This document shows positions 33,156-41,433 of a stretch of 64,000 bases of DNA, in pieces; the stretch's first letter is position 1; every line of letters begins with the position of its first letter. The notes beneath the pieces are model-generated. The model was not told the DNA's origin and searched no databases. It saw only the letters and a program-made list of their open reading frames with translations. Source of the stretch: an uncultured Actinomycetota bacterium (GTDB lineage: Bacteria > Actinomycetota > Actinomycetes > JAHEKZ01); NCBI GenBank assembly GCA_963829525.1, contig CAWHIJ010000003.1:1088001-1152000 (forward strand). Reading direction: 5' to 3'. Position numbers and translations under genes: made by a program.

Positions 33156-33184
33156 ACGGTACGACGCACCCGATCGAAGCGCTA
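33156..33184 (-). promoter_or_regulatory. SigA-type promoter TAGCGC-N17-TACCGT
   Basis: TANNNT -10 box with a 17-nt spacer, about 13 nt upstream of the RBS. Confidence 0.45.
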
Positions 33185-33430
33185 GTCAGTTACCGGTTGG
33201 AGGACGCCGTGTCGGCCGCTTCCTGCTTGACGTCGGACTGCTGGATAGGTGCCACGCTGATGCAATGAGCAGCGGCGCCATTTGCGTTGTTGCTAGGCGA
33301 TACTGCCCCGACGCATCGCTCCAGGTCAGACCCCGACACGAGTTTGCGCATCACCTACGGGGGCGGGGGCACCTGTGCGCACATTTGTCTGAGTACTGGC
33401 GAGGCCGGAACCAGTTGTGGTGACCCGTCG

Positions 33431-35293
33431 CTAGACCAGTGAGTCAAGCCACGCCTGGTGCAGACCTGCGTAGCTGCCTTCGGTGTGCAAGAGCTCGGCA
33501 GGGCTTCCGCTCTCTTTGATCCGGCCTGCCTCGAGCACGACGACCCGGTCGGCGATCTCAACCGTCGAGAGACGGTGAGCGATGATGATCGCTGTCCGGT
33601 CGGCCAGGATCGTGCGCAGTGCGCGCTGCACCAGACGTTCGCTCGGGATATCTAACGACGAAGTCGCCTCGTCGAGGATCAGCACCGCCGGATCGGCAAG
33701 AAACGCCCTGGCGAACGCCACGAGCTGCCGCTGACCTGCGGACAGGCGCCCGCCGCGCTTGCCGACGTCGGTGTCGTAACCGTCCGGAAGAGCGGCGATG
33801 AAGTCATGCGCCCCGATAGCTCTCGCCGCATCCTCGACCGCCTGGTCCCCCGCCGAAGGGCGACCGAACCGGATGTTGCTGGCCACGGTGTCGGAGAAGA
33901 GGAAGTTCTCTTGGGTCACCATCACAACCGCCCGGCGCAGGTCCTCCTCGGCAAGATTGTGGAGGTCGACACCGTCCAGACGAACGGTGCCCGCCACTGG
34001 GTCGTAAAAGCGGGCCACCAGCCGTGCGACCGTCGTCTTGCCGGCACCGGTAGCGCCTACCAAGGCCACGGTCTGCCCAGCGGGAATGTGCAGGTTGAGG
34101 TCTGGCAGGACGTCGACCTCTTCGTAAGAGAACCGCACGTGGTTGAGATCGACGTCTCCACGGGCGCGGATGAGCGGCACGGGGTTGGTTGGCTCGGCCA
34201 CGGTCGAGGTCTCCTCGAGCACTCCCGACAGCTTCTCGAGGGCCGCTGTCGCCGACTGCAGGGAGTTGTAGAACATCGAGAGCTCCTGCATGGGCTCGAA
34301 GAACCGTCGGAGATAGAGCAGGAAGGCGGCGAGGACTCCGACCTCGACCTGCCCACCCATGACGCGGTAGCCGCCGTAGACCAGTACGACTGCGATCGTG
34401 ATGTTTCCGATGAGCTTGATCACCGGCGCGAATATCGCGACCAGCTTGAAGGCCCTCTCGTTGGCCCACCGGTATTCGTCGTTGAGCTGCTCGAAGATCT
34501 CCTGGTTGCGGCCCTCCCGGCGGAACGCCTGCACGGCGCGGATGCCGCCGAGCGACTCCACGAAGTGGACGATGACCAGGGCTACCGTCTCGCGGGTACG
34601 GCGGTAGGCGAGCGCGGAGTGATGGCGGAACCACCGCGAGATCATCAGGAGGAACGGGAAGCTGATCAGGGTGACCAGGCCCATTGGGAGGTCGAGGAAC
34701 AGCAGGATGGTCCCGACCGAGACCACGGAGAGCCCGGCAAGCACCAGGTCGTCGATGCCACCGTCAAGCAGCTCGCCAAGCGCGTCCACGTCACTCGTGA
34801 GCCGTGAGATGACGCGTCCGGAGGTGTACTTCTCGTGAAAGGCGGGGGACAGCCGCTGGAAGTGGTCGTACACCCGCGTCCGCAGGTCGTAGAGCACCGC
34901 CTGACCGATCCGACCGCTCGCCATGAGGAAGGCTCGCTTGGCGAGGTACTCGGTCATGGCCGCCACGACGAAGGCGATCGTGACCGTGATGAGGATGGTT
35001 GGGTCGTTGTCCTCGGCGATCGGAGCGATGCCGTTGTCGATGCCGACGGCCACTAGATATGGTCCCGCCATCGCCGCAGCGTTCTGTAGCAGGAGCAAGC
35101 CGATTGCGATCCACATCGGGCGTCGGTGTGGCTGCAGCAGACTCCTCAGCAGCCGACGGCTCCGCCCCCGCAACGCCTGCGTGACCTCGACGGTCAGATC
35201 GTCGTCGGAGGCGTCTAGGGCCACGCCACGCCAGCTGTGGCCCTCTGGGAGCTCGGAGTCGGTGAGCCGGTCAGACTCGATGGGTGTCGTCAT
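33431..35293 (-). CDS. ABC exporter, fused permease/ATPase (consensus subunit)
   Basis: GATGAGKT, LSAGQRQ, LILDEATS, IAHRLST. Confidence 0.95.
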   Translation of the reverse strand: MTTPIESDRLTDSELPEGHSWRGVALDASDDDLTVEVTQALRGRSRRLLRSLLQPHRRPMWIAIGLLLLQNAAAMAGPYLVAVGIDNGIAPIAEDNDPTILITVTIAFVVAAMTEYLAKRAFLMASGRIGQAVLYDLRTRVYDHFQRLSPAFHEKYTSGRVISRLTSDVDALGELLDGGIDDLVLAGLSVVSVGTILLFLDLPMGLVTLISFPFLLMISRWFRHHSALAYRRTRETVALVIVHFVESLGGIRAVQAFRREGRNQEIFEQLNDEYRWANERAFKLVAIFAPVIKLIGNITIAVVLVYGGYRVMGGQVEVGVLAAFLLYLRRFFEPMQELSMFYNSLQSATAALEKLSGVLEETSTVAEPTNPVPLIRARGDVDLNHVRFSYEEVDVLPDLNLHIPAGQTVALVGATGAGKTTVARLVARFYDPVAGTVRLDGVDLHNLAEEDLRRAVVMVTQENFLFSDTVASNIRFGRPSAGDQAVEDAARAIGAHDFIAALPDGYDTDVGKRGGRLSAGQRQLVAFARAFLADPAVLILDEATSSLDIPSERLVQRALRTILADRTAIIIAHRLSTVEIADRVVVLEAGRIKESGSPAELLHTEGSYAGLHQAWLDSLV

Positions 35294-37059
35294 GAGGCCG
35301 CCGCACCCTCGGCCGTCTGTGACAGGACAGCCCGGTATGAGGGTTCTGACCTCATCAGGTCGGCATGGGTCCCTACCGCCCGGATGCTCCCTGCTTCGAG
35401 CAGCGCGACTCGGTCGGCGAGGGCCACCGTCGAGGGACGGTGCACCACCAGCAGCGTCGTGGTGTCGGTGAGGACGCGGCGCAGCGCCCGCTCGACCAGC
35501 GACTCGGTGTGGACATCCAGTGCGGACAGCGGGTCGTCGAGGACCAGCACGGCTGGCTTGCTGATGACTGCCCTGGCCAAAGCCAGGCGCTGCCGCTGCC
35601 CCCCCGACAGCGACATGCCCTGCTCGCCGATCCGGGTGTCGAGACCCCAGGGAAGGTCGTACACGAACCCAGCCTGGGCCAGGCTGAGCGCCTGTTCGAC
35701 CTCGTCGAGAGTCGCGTCCGGGTAGCCGAGGGTCAGGTTCTCCCGGACGCTGGCAGAGAAGAGCGTGGTGTCCTCGAATGCGGTGGCGACCATTTGTCGG
35801 AGCGACGAGAGCTCGATATCTCTGACGTCGACGCCGTCGAGCATGACGCGCCCGGCTGTCACGTCGTACAGACGCGGTACGAGCGAGGTGAGGGTGGTCT
35901 TGCCACTTCCTGTGACGCCGACAATGGCAAGCGTCTCGCCAGGAGCAACGTCGAGATCGAGGTGTCGCAGCACCAGGGGAGAACCGTCGCCGTAGGAGAA
36001 GGAGACCGCTTCAAACCGGAGCCGTCCATTCGGCACGGAGAGAACCACGGCCCCTGGCCGGTCGGAGATCTCCGGCACGGTGTCGAACACCTCGTAAATG
36101 CGATCGGCTGCGGTCATCGCCTCCTGTCCGTTCGCGAGGATCCAGCCCAGGGCGTTCACGGGCCAGACCAGCATCAGCATCAGCGAAACGAAGGCGACCA
36201 GGTCGCCCAGCGTCATGAGGCCCTCGGCGACTGCGAGGGCACCGAAGAGCAGCGTTGCGCCCAACGTCAGGCTCGGGATGAGGTCGAGCAGAGACCAGAA
36301 GCGTGCGACGAGGACGGATTTGTGTACTGCCGAGTCGTGCAGAACACGAGCGCTGCCGCGGAAGGTCTCGCCAACGTGCTGCCTTCGACCGAACGATCGA
36401 ATCATCCGGACGCCAACAGCCGACTCCTCGACGAACGTCGCCAGGTCGCCCTGCTGGTCCTGCACCAGTCGTGCCGCACTGAGATAGGCGCGGCTGAGCC
36501 CCCGTGAGATGAGGAGTAGCGGAATGGCCGACACCGCCACCATGACGCCGAGGGGGAGGTAGAGGTGGATCAGGAGCGCCACGACCACGACGAAGGTGGC
36601 CACGTTGACGACCAGGAACACCAGGCCGAAGGAGAGGAAACGCCTGATGATCGACAGGTCGGTGGTGGCTCGGGACAGCAGCTGGCCCACCTGCCAGCGG
36701 TCGTGGAATGACACCGACAGGCCCTGCAGGTGAGCGTAGAGGTCGTTGCGTACCGCTGTCTCGACCCCCAGGGCGGCGTACGACTGCACCCAGCGACGGA
36801 TGAAAATGAGCAAGGCCTCGAGCACCCCGAGGAAGAGAGCCAACAAGCCGAGGGGCACGAGTCCGGCCCGGTCGCCGTCGGCGATGGGCCCGTCAACGAC
36901 GGATCGAATAATCAGGGGCACCATGATGCTCACGCCGACCGCAAGGGCAGCGGCGACTGTCATCAGCACCATCTGGCCCGTGTACGGGCGCACGTAGACC
37001 CGGATTCGCCAAAGGGAGTGCAGGCTGGACCAGCGGCCGTGAAGGGAGAGGAGCATCAC
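35290..37059 (-). CDS. ABC exporter, fused permease/ATPase (degenerate Walker B subunit)
   Basis: GVTGSGKT, LSGGQRQ, VLVLDDPLS, VHRPST; ATGA overlap with its partner; TACCGT -10 box 5 nt before GTG. Confidence 0.95.
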   Translation of the reverse strand: MMLLSLHGRWSSLHSLWRIRVYVRPYTGQMVLMTVAAALAVGVSIMVPLIIRSVVDGPIADGDRAGLVPLGLLALFLGVLEALLIFIRRWVQSYAALGVETAVRNDLYAHLQGLSVSFHDRWQVGQLLSRATTDLSIIRRFLSFGLVFLVVNVATFVVVVALLIHLYLPLGVMVAVSAIPLLLISRGLSRAYLSAARLVQDQQGDLATFVEESAVGVRMIRSFGRRQHVGETFRGSARVLHDSAVHKSVLVARFWSLLDLIPSLTLGATLLFGALAVAEGLMTLGDLVAFVSLMLMLVWPVNALGWILANGQEAMTAADRIYEVFDTVPEISDRPGAVVLSVPNGRLRFEAVSFSYGDGSPLVLRHLDLDVAPGETLAIVGVTGSGKTTLTSLVPRLYDVTAGRVMLDGVDVRDIELSSLRQMVATAFEDTTLFSASVRENLTLGYPDATLDEVEQALSLAQAGFVYDLPWGLDTRIGEQGMSLSGGQRQRLALARAVISKPAVLVLDDPLSALDVHTESLVERALRRVLTDTTTLLVVHRPSTVALADRVALLEAGSIRAVGTHADLMRSEPSYRAVLSQTAEGAAAS

Positions 37060-37096
37060 CTCACACGGTATGCCCCTGGGTCAGAATCCACCGTCG

Positions 37097-37363
37097 CTAT
37101 TTGTAGCGATGGTTCTTCTCCGCGTGGCCAGCGGGGCGACTACATTTCTTGCCCCCCATGTTGCGGTGACCGCAAAGCGGTTCGGTCGCGATTGTCGATG
37201 GCGTTTTGGCCGCTGACGGCTTAGTGGCCTGTGCCTTCTCGGGTTCGCAGGAGGGCGTTTGTTTCGCCTCTGCCGCTCGCTTGGGAAGCCGCTCGGTCTC
37301 GGCCGCGTTACGACGCGCGAAGTTGGCTTCTCTCAATGCCCGCTGGGCGTCGCTCTTGCTCAC
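37097..37363 (-). CDS. Small basic hypothetical protein with a C-terminal Cys/His cluster
   Basis: MSKSDAQRALREA...LCGHRNMGGKKCSRPAGHAEKNHRY; leaderless TAGGCT-N6-GTG. Confidence 0.7.
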   Translation of the reverse strand: MSKSDAQRALREANFARRNAAETERLPKRAAEAKQTPSCEPEKAQATKPSAAKTPSTIATEPLCGHRNMGGKKCSRPAGHAEKNHRYK

Positions 37364-37478
37364 CCGCCCAGCCTAAGCCACTGCGCTCGTACAAGTGCCA
37401 AGGCGACCGTGGTGGGGACGTGGTCCGAGAATGACCAAACCGACCAAGATCTGGCGCTCGCGCTCGATTTCTGTCCGT

Positions 37479-37499
37479 CACTGAGATTGACTCTCAGTG
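37479..37499. promoter_or_regulatory. Inverted repeat CACTGAGA-TTGAC-TCTCAGTG around a TTGAC -35-like box
   Basis: 8-bp perfect arms upstream of the DinB gene. Confidence 0.4.
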
Positions 37500-37542
37500 C
37501 CATGGGTAGGTGTCACCACGTCACTGACTGAAGGAGTGCCCA

Positions 37543-38304
37543 ATGCAGGACCCGACCGATGGCGTCGCGCCAGAGACGATCTATTCCGGCACGAAAGAGT
37601 TCGAAGGTGCGACGTTCGTCAAGGCAAGTTTCAAGGGCGCCACACTGCGATTCTCCGATGTCAGCGATGTGACGATGCGTAGCGTCGATGTGGATGGCCT
37701 CGACATCGACAGCCACGACCTGTTCTTCGGCAGCCTCTTCGTCAACGGGGTCGACGTTGTGCCGCTTGTGGACGCCGAGCTCAACCGGCAGTTCCCCGGC
37801 CGGGAGTTACAGAAGGCGCAGACGCCCGAGGGCCTGCGCGAGGGTTGGGTAGCTGTGCAGTCAGCTTGGCTGACAACGGTGGCGGGTACGCCGCCGGACC
37901 TACAGGATGCCCACGTTAGGGACGAGTGGTCCTTGGCCCAGACCCTGCGGCACCTCATCCTGGCGACCGACGCCTGGCTCCGCGGCGGGATCCTGCGGAT
38001 GCAGCAGCCGTTCCACGAGATCGGCCAGATCTTTACCGGTGCCGGCGACATGGGTTTTGACATGTCGATCTTCCGCGCGGACCCGCCCGCCTATGAGGAG
38101 ATCCTCGCGGTGCGTGCCGAGCGACAGCGAATGGTGACCGACTTCTTGGGCACGGCCACGCCGGAGCTGCTCGCCGAAGAACGTGACAACCCGTGGGGTG
38201 GCGATGACTGGCATCCCAGCGTCGGTGACTGCATTCGCGTGATCCTGGAGGAGGAGTGGGCGCACCTGCGTTACATCCAACGGGATTTGGCCCGTCTGCG
38301 TTGA
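37543..38304 (+). CDS. DinB family protein with an N-terminal pentapeptide-like segment
   Basis: FEGATFVKASFKGA, EWSLAQTLRHLILATDAW, EEEWAHLRY. Confidence 0.85.
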   Translation: MQDPTDGVAPETIYSGTKEFEGATFVKASFKGATLRFSDVSDVTMRSVDVDGLDIDSHDLFFGSLFVNGVDVVPLVDAELNRQFPGRELQKAQTPEGLREGWVAVQSAWLTTVAGTPPDLQDAHVRDEWSLAQTLRHLILATDAWLRGGILRMQQPFHEIGQIFTGAGDMGFDMSIFRADPPAYEEILAVRAERQRMVTDFLGTATPELLAEERDNPWGGDDWHPSVGDCIRVILEEEWAHLRYIQRDLARLR

Positions 38305-38314
38305 GCCACAAGTT

Positions 38315-39781
38315 TCAGCGACTCCGGCTCACTGCAGAGGCAGTCCCGTCGTTGGTGGCAAAGGCAGCGCGGAACGCGGCGAAGTCGCGTTCGTTCTGCT
38401 CCGCGTACGCGGTTGCGAAGGTGACCATCGCATCCTCGAACGCACGGCCCTTGCCGACGTAGCCCTGGATCGCGACGGAGTCGCCGGAGCGAGCGTGCGC
38501 CCGCGCGAGCGACGTCGCGCACATCCGGGCGTACGCCGCCAAGGCGCCTGCGGACATGCGCATGAGGTCGACCGAGCCCTTGGCGTCACGGAACTGCCTG
38601 ACGTAGTAGCTCGTGCCATCCTGCGCCGTCAAGGTACCCAGGAAGAGGTCCGAAGCGGCCTGGATGAGCCGTTGCCCGGCCACTACTCGGGCACCGGGTG
38701 AACGGTACCGGCTGCGGGGCAGTGGTCCTTCAAACACCGAGCGGCTCGCCTGCTTCACCTGGAGGATGAAAGGGTCACCGATTCGGCGTCCCCGCAGCAG
38801 CACGATGTAGCACTCGGTTCCGACGCTGCCCACGCCCACGACCTTGCGCGCGACGTCGAGCACCTCATAACGACCGATCAGCACCTTGAGGTGCTGATCG
38901 AGGGACCGACGGTACTTCTCGACGATCTGCTCGATCTCACGGCCGAGCGCACCGGTGGCGTCCTGAGGAAGGTCGGTGAGCCGAACCAGCAAGGGAGGGT
39001 CATTCCGGAACTGCTGCATCTCGCCGTCGACCTCGACGAGCCGCGAGTGCGCCCGTACCGAGGTATTCCGCCGGGCGCGCGTGGCCGTGGCCTTCGCGAG
39101 GGACGCAACATGAGGGTCGTGGCTGACCAACTGCCGGAGCTCGTCGACTCGGTGTCGGGAGTACCAGACCTCGAGGTCGGTCATGCCGGCGAAGCTCTGC
39201 ATCGCGGTGCGATACGAGGCCACGGACGCGCGTACGGAGGCCTCCCCGCTGGCCCCGCTGAGATTGAGGTGCCTGGCCGCGGTAAGGATGCTAGCGGCGA
39301 GGCGCTTGACGTCGAACTCCCACGGACCCGGTAGGGTCTCGTCGAAGTCGTTGACGTCGAAGACGAGCTCGCGGCTCGGCGCGGCGTAGACGCCGAAGTT
39401 CGCGAGGTGGGCGTCGCCGCACAGTTGTGCGAACAGGTCGGTGTGCGGGGCGTGGCTCAGGTCCCAGGCCATCAGTGCAGCCGAGCCCCGGAAGAAAGAG
39501 AACTCATCCTGGAGCATGCGTTCGTGACGCAGTGGCACCAGGTCACTGAGCCGGTTCTCCTCGTCCTCCTGCAGGAGGACGACCGGATCAGGGCGGTCCT
39601 TGGCCGGAGTGAACTCGCCCTGCGCCGAGCGGGGGACGTCCACGCGTTTGGACCGACCGATCAGCGCTCGTTCGCCAACGCTCACCGTCGCGTGACCCAG
39701 TGGGCTCGCAACCCTACGCTCGTGCTTCATCGCTACCACTTTCGGTGATTCGCGCCTGCTCTCCTCGGGCCCGCTGCTCAC
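38315..39781 (-). CDS. DUF2252 domain-containing protein
   Basis: FFRGSAALMAWDL, CGDAHLANFG, FDVNDFDE, ARKVVGVGSVGT, YVRQFRDAK, LARAHARSGD; RBS GGAGG. Confidence 0.92.
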   Translation of the reverse strand: MSSGPEESRRESPKVVAMKHERRVASPLGHATVSVGERALIGRSKRVDVPRSAQGEFTPAKDRPDPVVLLQEDEENRLSDLVPLRHERMLQDEFSFFRGSAALMAWDLSHAPHTDLFAQLCGDAHLANFGVYAAPSRELVFDVNDFDETLPGPWEFDVKRLAASILTAARHLNLSGASGEASVRASVASYRTAMQSFAGMTDLEVWYSRHRVDELRQLVSHDPHVASLAKATATRARRNTSVRAHSRLVEVDGEMQQFRNDPPLLVRLTDLPQDATGALGREIEQIVEKYRRSLDQHLKVLIGRYEVLDVARKVVGVGSVGTECYIVLLRGRRIGDPFILQVKQASRSVFEGPLPRSRYRSPGARVVAGQRLIQAASDLFLGTLTAQDGTSYYVRQFRDAKGSVDLMRMSAGALAAYARMCATSLARAHARSGDSVAIQGYVGKGRAFEDAMVTFATAYAEQNERDFAAFRAAFATNDGTASAVSRSR

Positions 39782-39794
39782 GTGGCCCTCCGGT

Positions 39795-39907
39795 CTACTT
39801 CCGGATTCTGACGTGCGGAATTCCTTGTGGGAAACCGGCTGGACCTTGCCGCGATCGATTGGGATCGGGGCGGATCAAGTCTAAGGGGCGGGATCTGGCG
39901 CTGGTTC
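39795..39907 (+). repeat. Dispersed att-like repeat, copy D (internally deleted relative to copy C)
   Basis: CTTCCGGATTC joined almost directly to the 82-bp block homologous to 19802-19883. Confidence 0.75.
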
Positions 39908-40038
39908 CCCGGAAGGCACCGTGGGCGACTGGTCGGATCAATGTCGTTCAACTCCAGGGGCCGGGCCCCTCGCCTAGGATCGGCAGATGGCCGCATTCCC
40001 GTATCAGGCAAACAGTGTCGTGGTGGAGGGAGACGCAG

Positions 40039-41322
40039 ATGTCGCAGAAGACTGTCGCATTCTTTCCTGAGCCGGGGGCTTGGGGTCCCACGAACAACTT
40101 GGTAGCGATCGCTGAGACGCTTCGTGCGCGTGGGACGCGTTGTGTCTTCGTGATTGAGGAGTCTTTCGAAGGCAAGTTGACTGAGAAGGGGTTCGACGAG
40201 GCACCGATGCGACTGGGTCCAGCACCGGAGACGCCCGAGGCGGTGGGGGAGGGGTGGGCGGAGTTCATCCGAGCGACGGCTCCGGAGTTCCGGAAGCCCA
40301 CGATTGAGCAGCTCGCCACTGTGATCAAACCGATCTGGGAGGAGCTCGTCGGTGGGGGCAAGTACGCCCACGGGCGTCTGATGGAGATCTGGGCTGAGCA
40401 CCGCCCGGACGTGATCGTCTCCGACAACGTGGTGGGGTTCGCGGCGGTGCCGCTGGCGGGAGTGCCGTGGGTTCGGATGGTGTCTGCGAACCCACTGGAG
40501 ATGGAAGACCCCGACCTGCCACCACCGTTCTCGGGTCTGCCCACAAACGACCGAACGGGATGGGCGGAGTTCACCGCGGAGTTCCGGCGTCTGCACGACC
40601 CGTTGATCGCTGAGCTCAGCGACTTCAACGTGTTGGTGGGCGCCGACTCTTTGCCCGAGGGCCACTTCCAGTACAACTCGCCCTACGCCAACCTGTACCT
40701 GTTCCCGGAGGTGATGGACTACCCGCGGTCGATCCCTCTGGACTCCACGTGGAGCCGGCTCGACACCACGGTTCGCACCGGCGAGGAGTCGTTCGACGTC
40801 GACTCGGTGCTGCCGGGAGAGGGCAAGGTTGTTTACCTGTCGATGGGAAGCCTGGGCTGCAACGATCTGGAGCTGATGCAGCGACTGATCGATGCCCTCG
40901 ACCAGACCGAGCACCGGGTGATCGTGAGCATGGGCCCGCTCGGTGACCAGATGGAGCTTGGTGAACGGATGTGGGGCGATGAGTTCCTGCCGCAACCGTC
41001 GATCCTGCCGCAGTGCGACCTGCTGATCACCCACGGCGGCAACAACACCGTGACCGAAGGGTTCAACTTCGGACTACCGATGATCGTGCTGCCCCTGTTC
41101 TGGGACCAGTACGACAACGCGCAGCGGGTGCAGGAACTCGGCTTCGGACGGCGCCTCGCAACGTACGGAGCATCGCAGGACGAGACCGTCACCGCTGTCG
41201 ACGAGCTCCTCGCCGACAGCGCCCTCAAAGCCCGCATGGCGGACATCTCCCGCCAGCTGCAGGCCGCCCCCGCCCAGGAACGGGCGGCAGATGTCGTCGA
41301 GCAGCTGGCCGACGGCACGTAA
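40039..41322 (+). CDS. GT1/MGT-type glycosyltransferase
   Basis: FFPEPGAWGPTNN, VYLSMGSLG, FLPQPSILPQCDLLITHGGNNTVTE, PLFWDQYDNAQR. Confidence 0.9.
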   Translation: MSQKTVAFFPEPGAWGPTNNLVAIAETLRARGTRCVFVIEESFEGKLTEKGFDEAPMRLGPAPETPEAVGEGWAEFIRATAPEFRKPTIEQLATVIKPIWEELVGGGKYAHGRLMEIWAEHRPDVIVSDNVVGFAAVPLAGVPWVRMVSANPLEMEDPDLPPPFSGLPTNDRTGWAEFTAEFRRLHDPLIAELSDFNVLVGADSLPEGHFQYNSPYANLYLFPEVMDYPRSIPLDSTWSRLDTTVRTGEESFDVDSVLPGEGKVVYLSMGSLGCNDLELMQRLIDALDQTEHRVIVSMGPLGDQMELGERMWGDEFLPQPSILPQCDLLITHGGNNTVTEGFNFGLPMIVLPLFWDQYDNAQRVQELGFGRRLATYGASQDETVTAVDELLADSALKARMADISRQLQAAPAQERAADVVEQLADGT

Positions 41323-41332
41323 CTACCTAAGA

Positions 41333-41376
41333 GAGTCCGGTGGACGCGTGACAGCGCGTGGAGTCGGCCGGACTTC
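41333..41376. terminator. Hairpin between convergent genes
   Basis: Outer stem GAGTCCGGT...GCCGGACTT with an inner ACGCG/CGCGT stem. Confidence 0.35.
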
Positions 41377-41433
41377 TGAACGTCATTGCCCCGGCGGTGC
41401 GCAGGGCCCGAACCGATCCCCCGGTCGGGTGGC

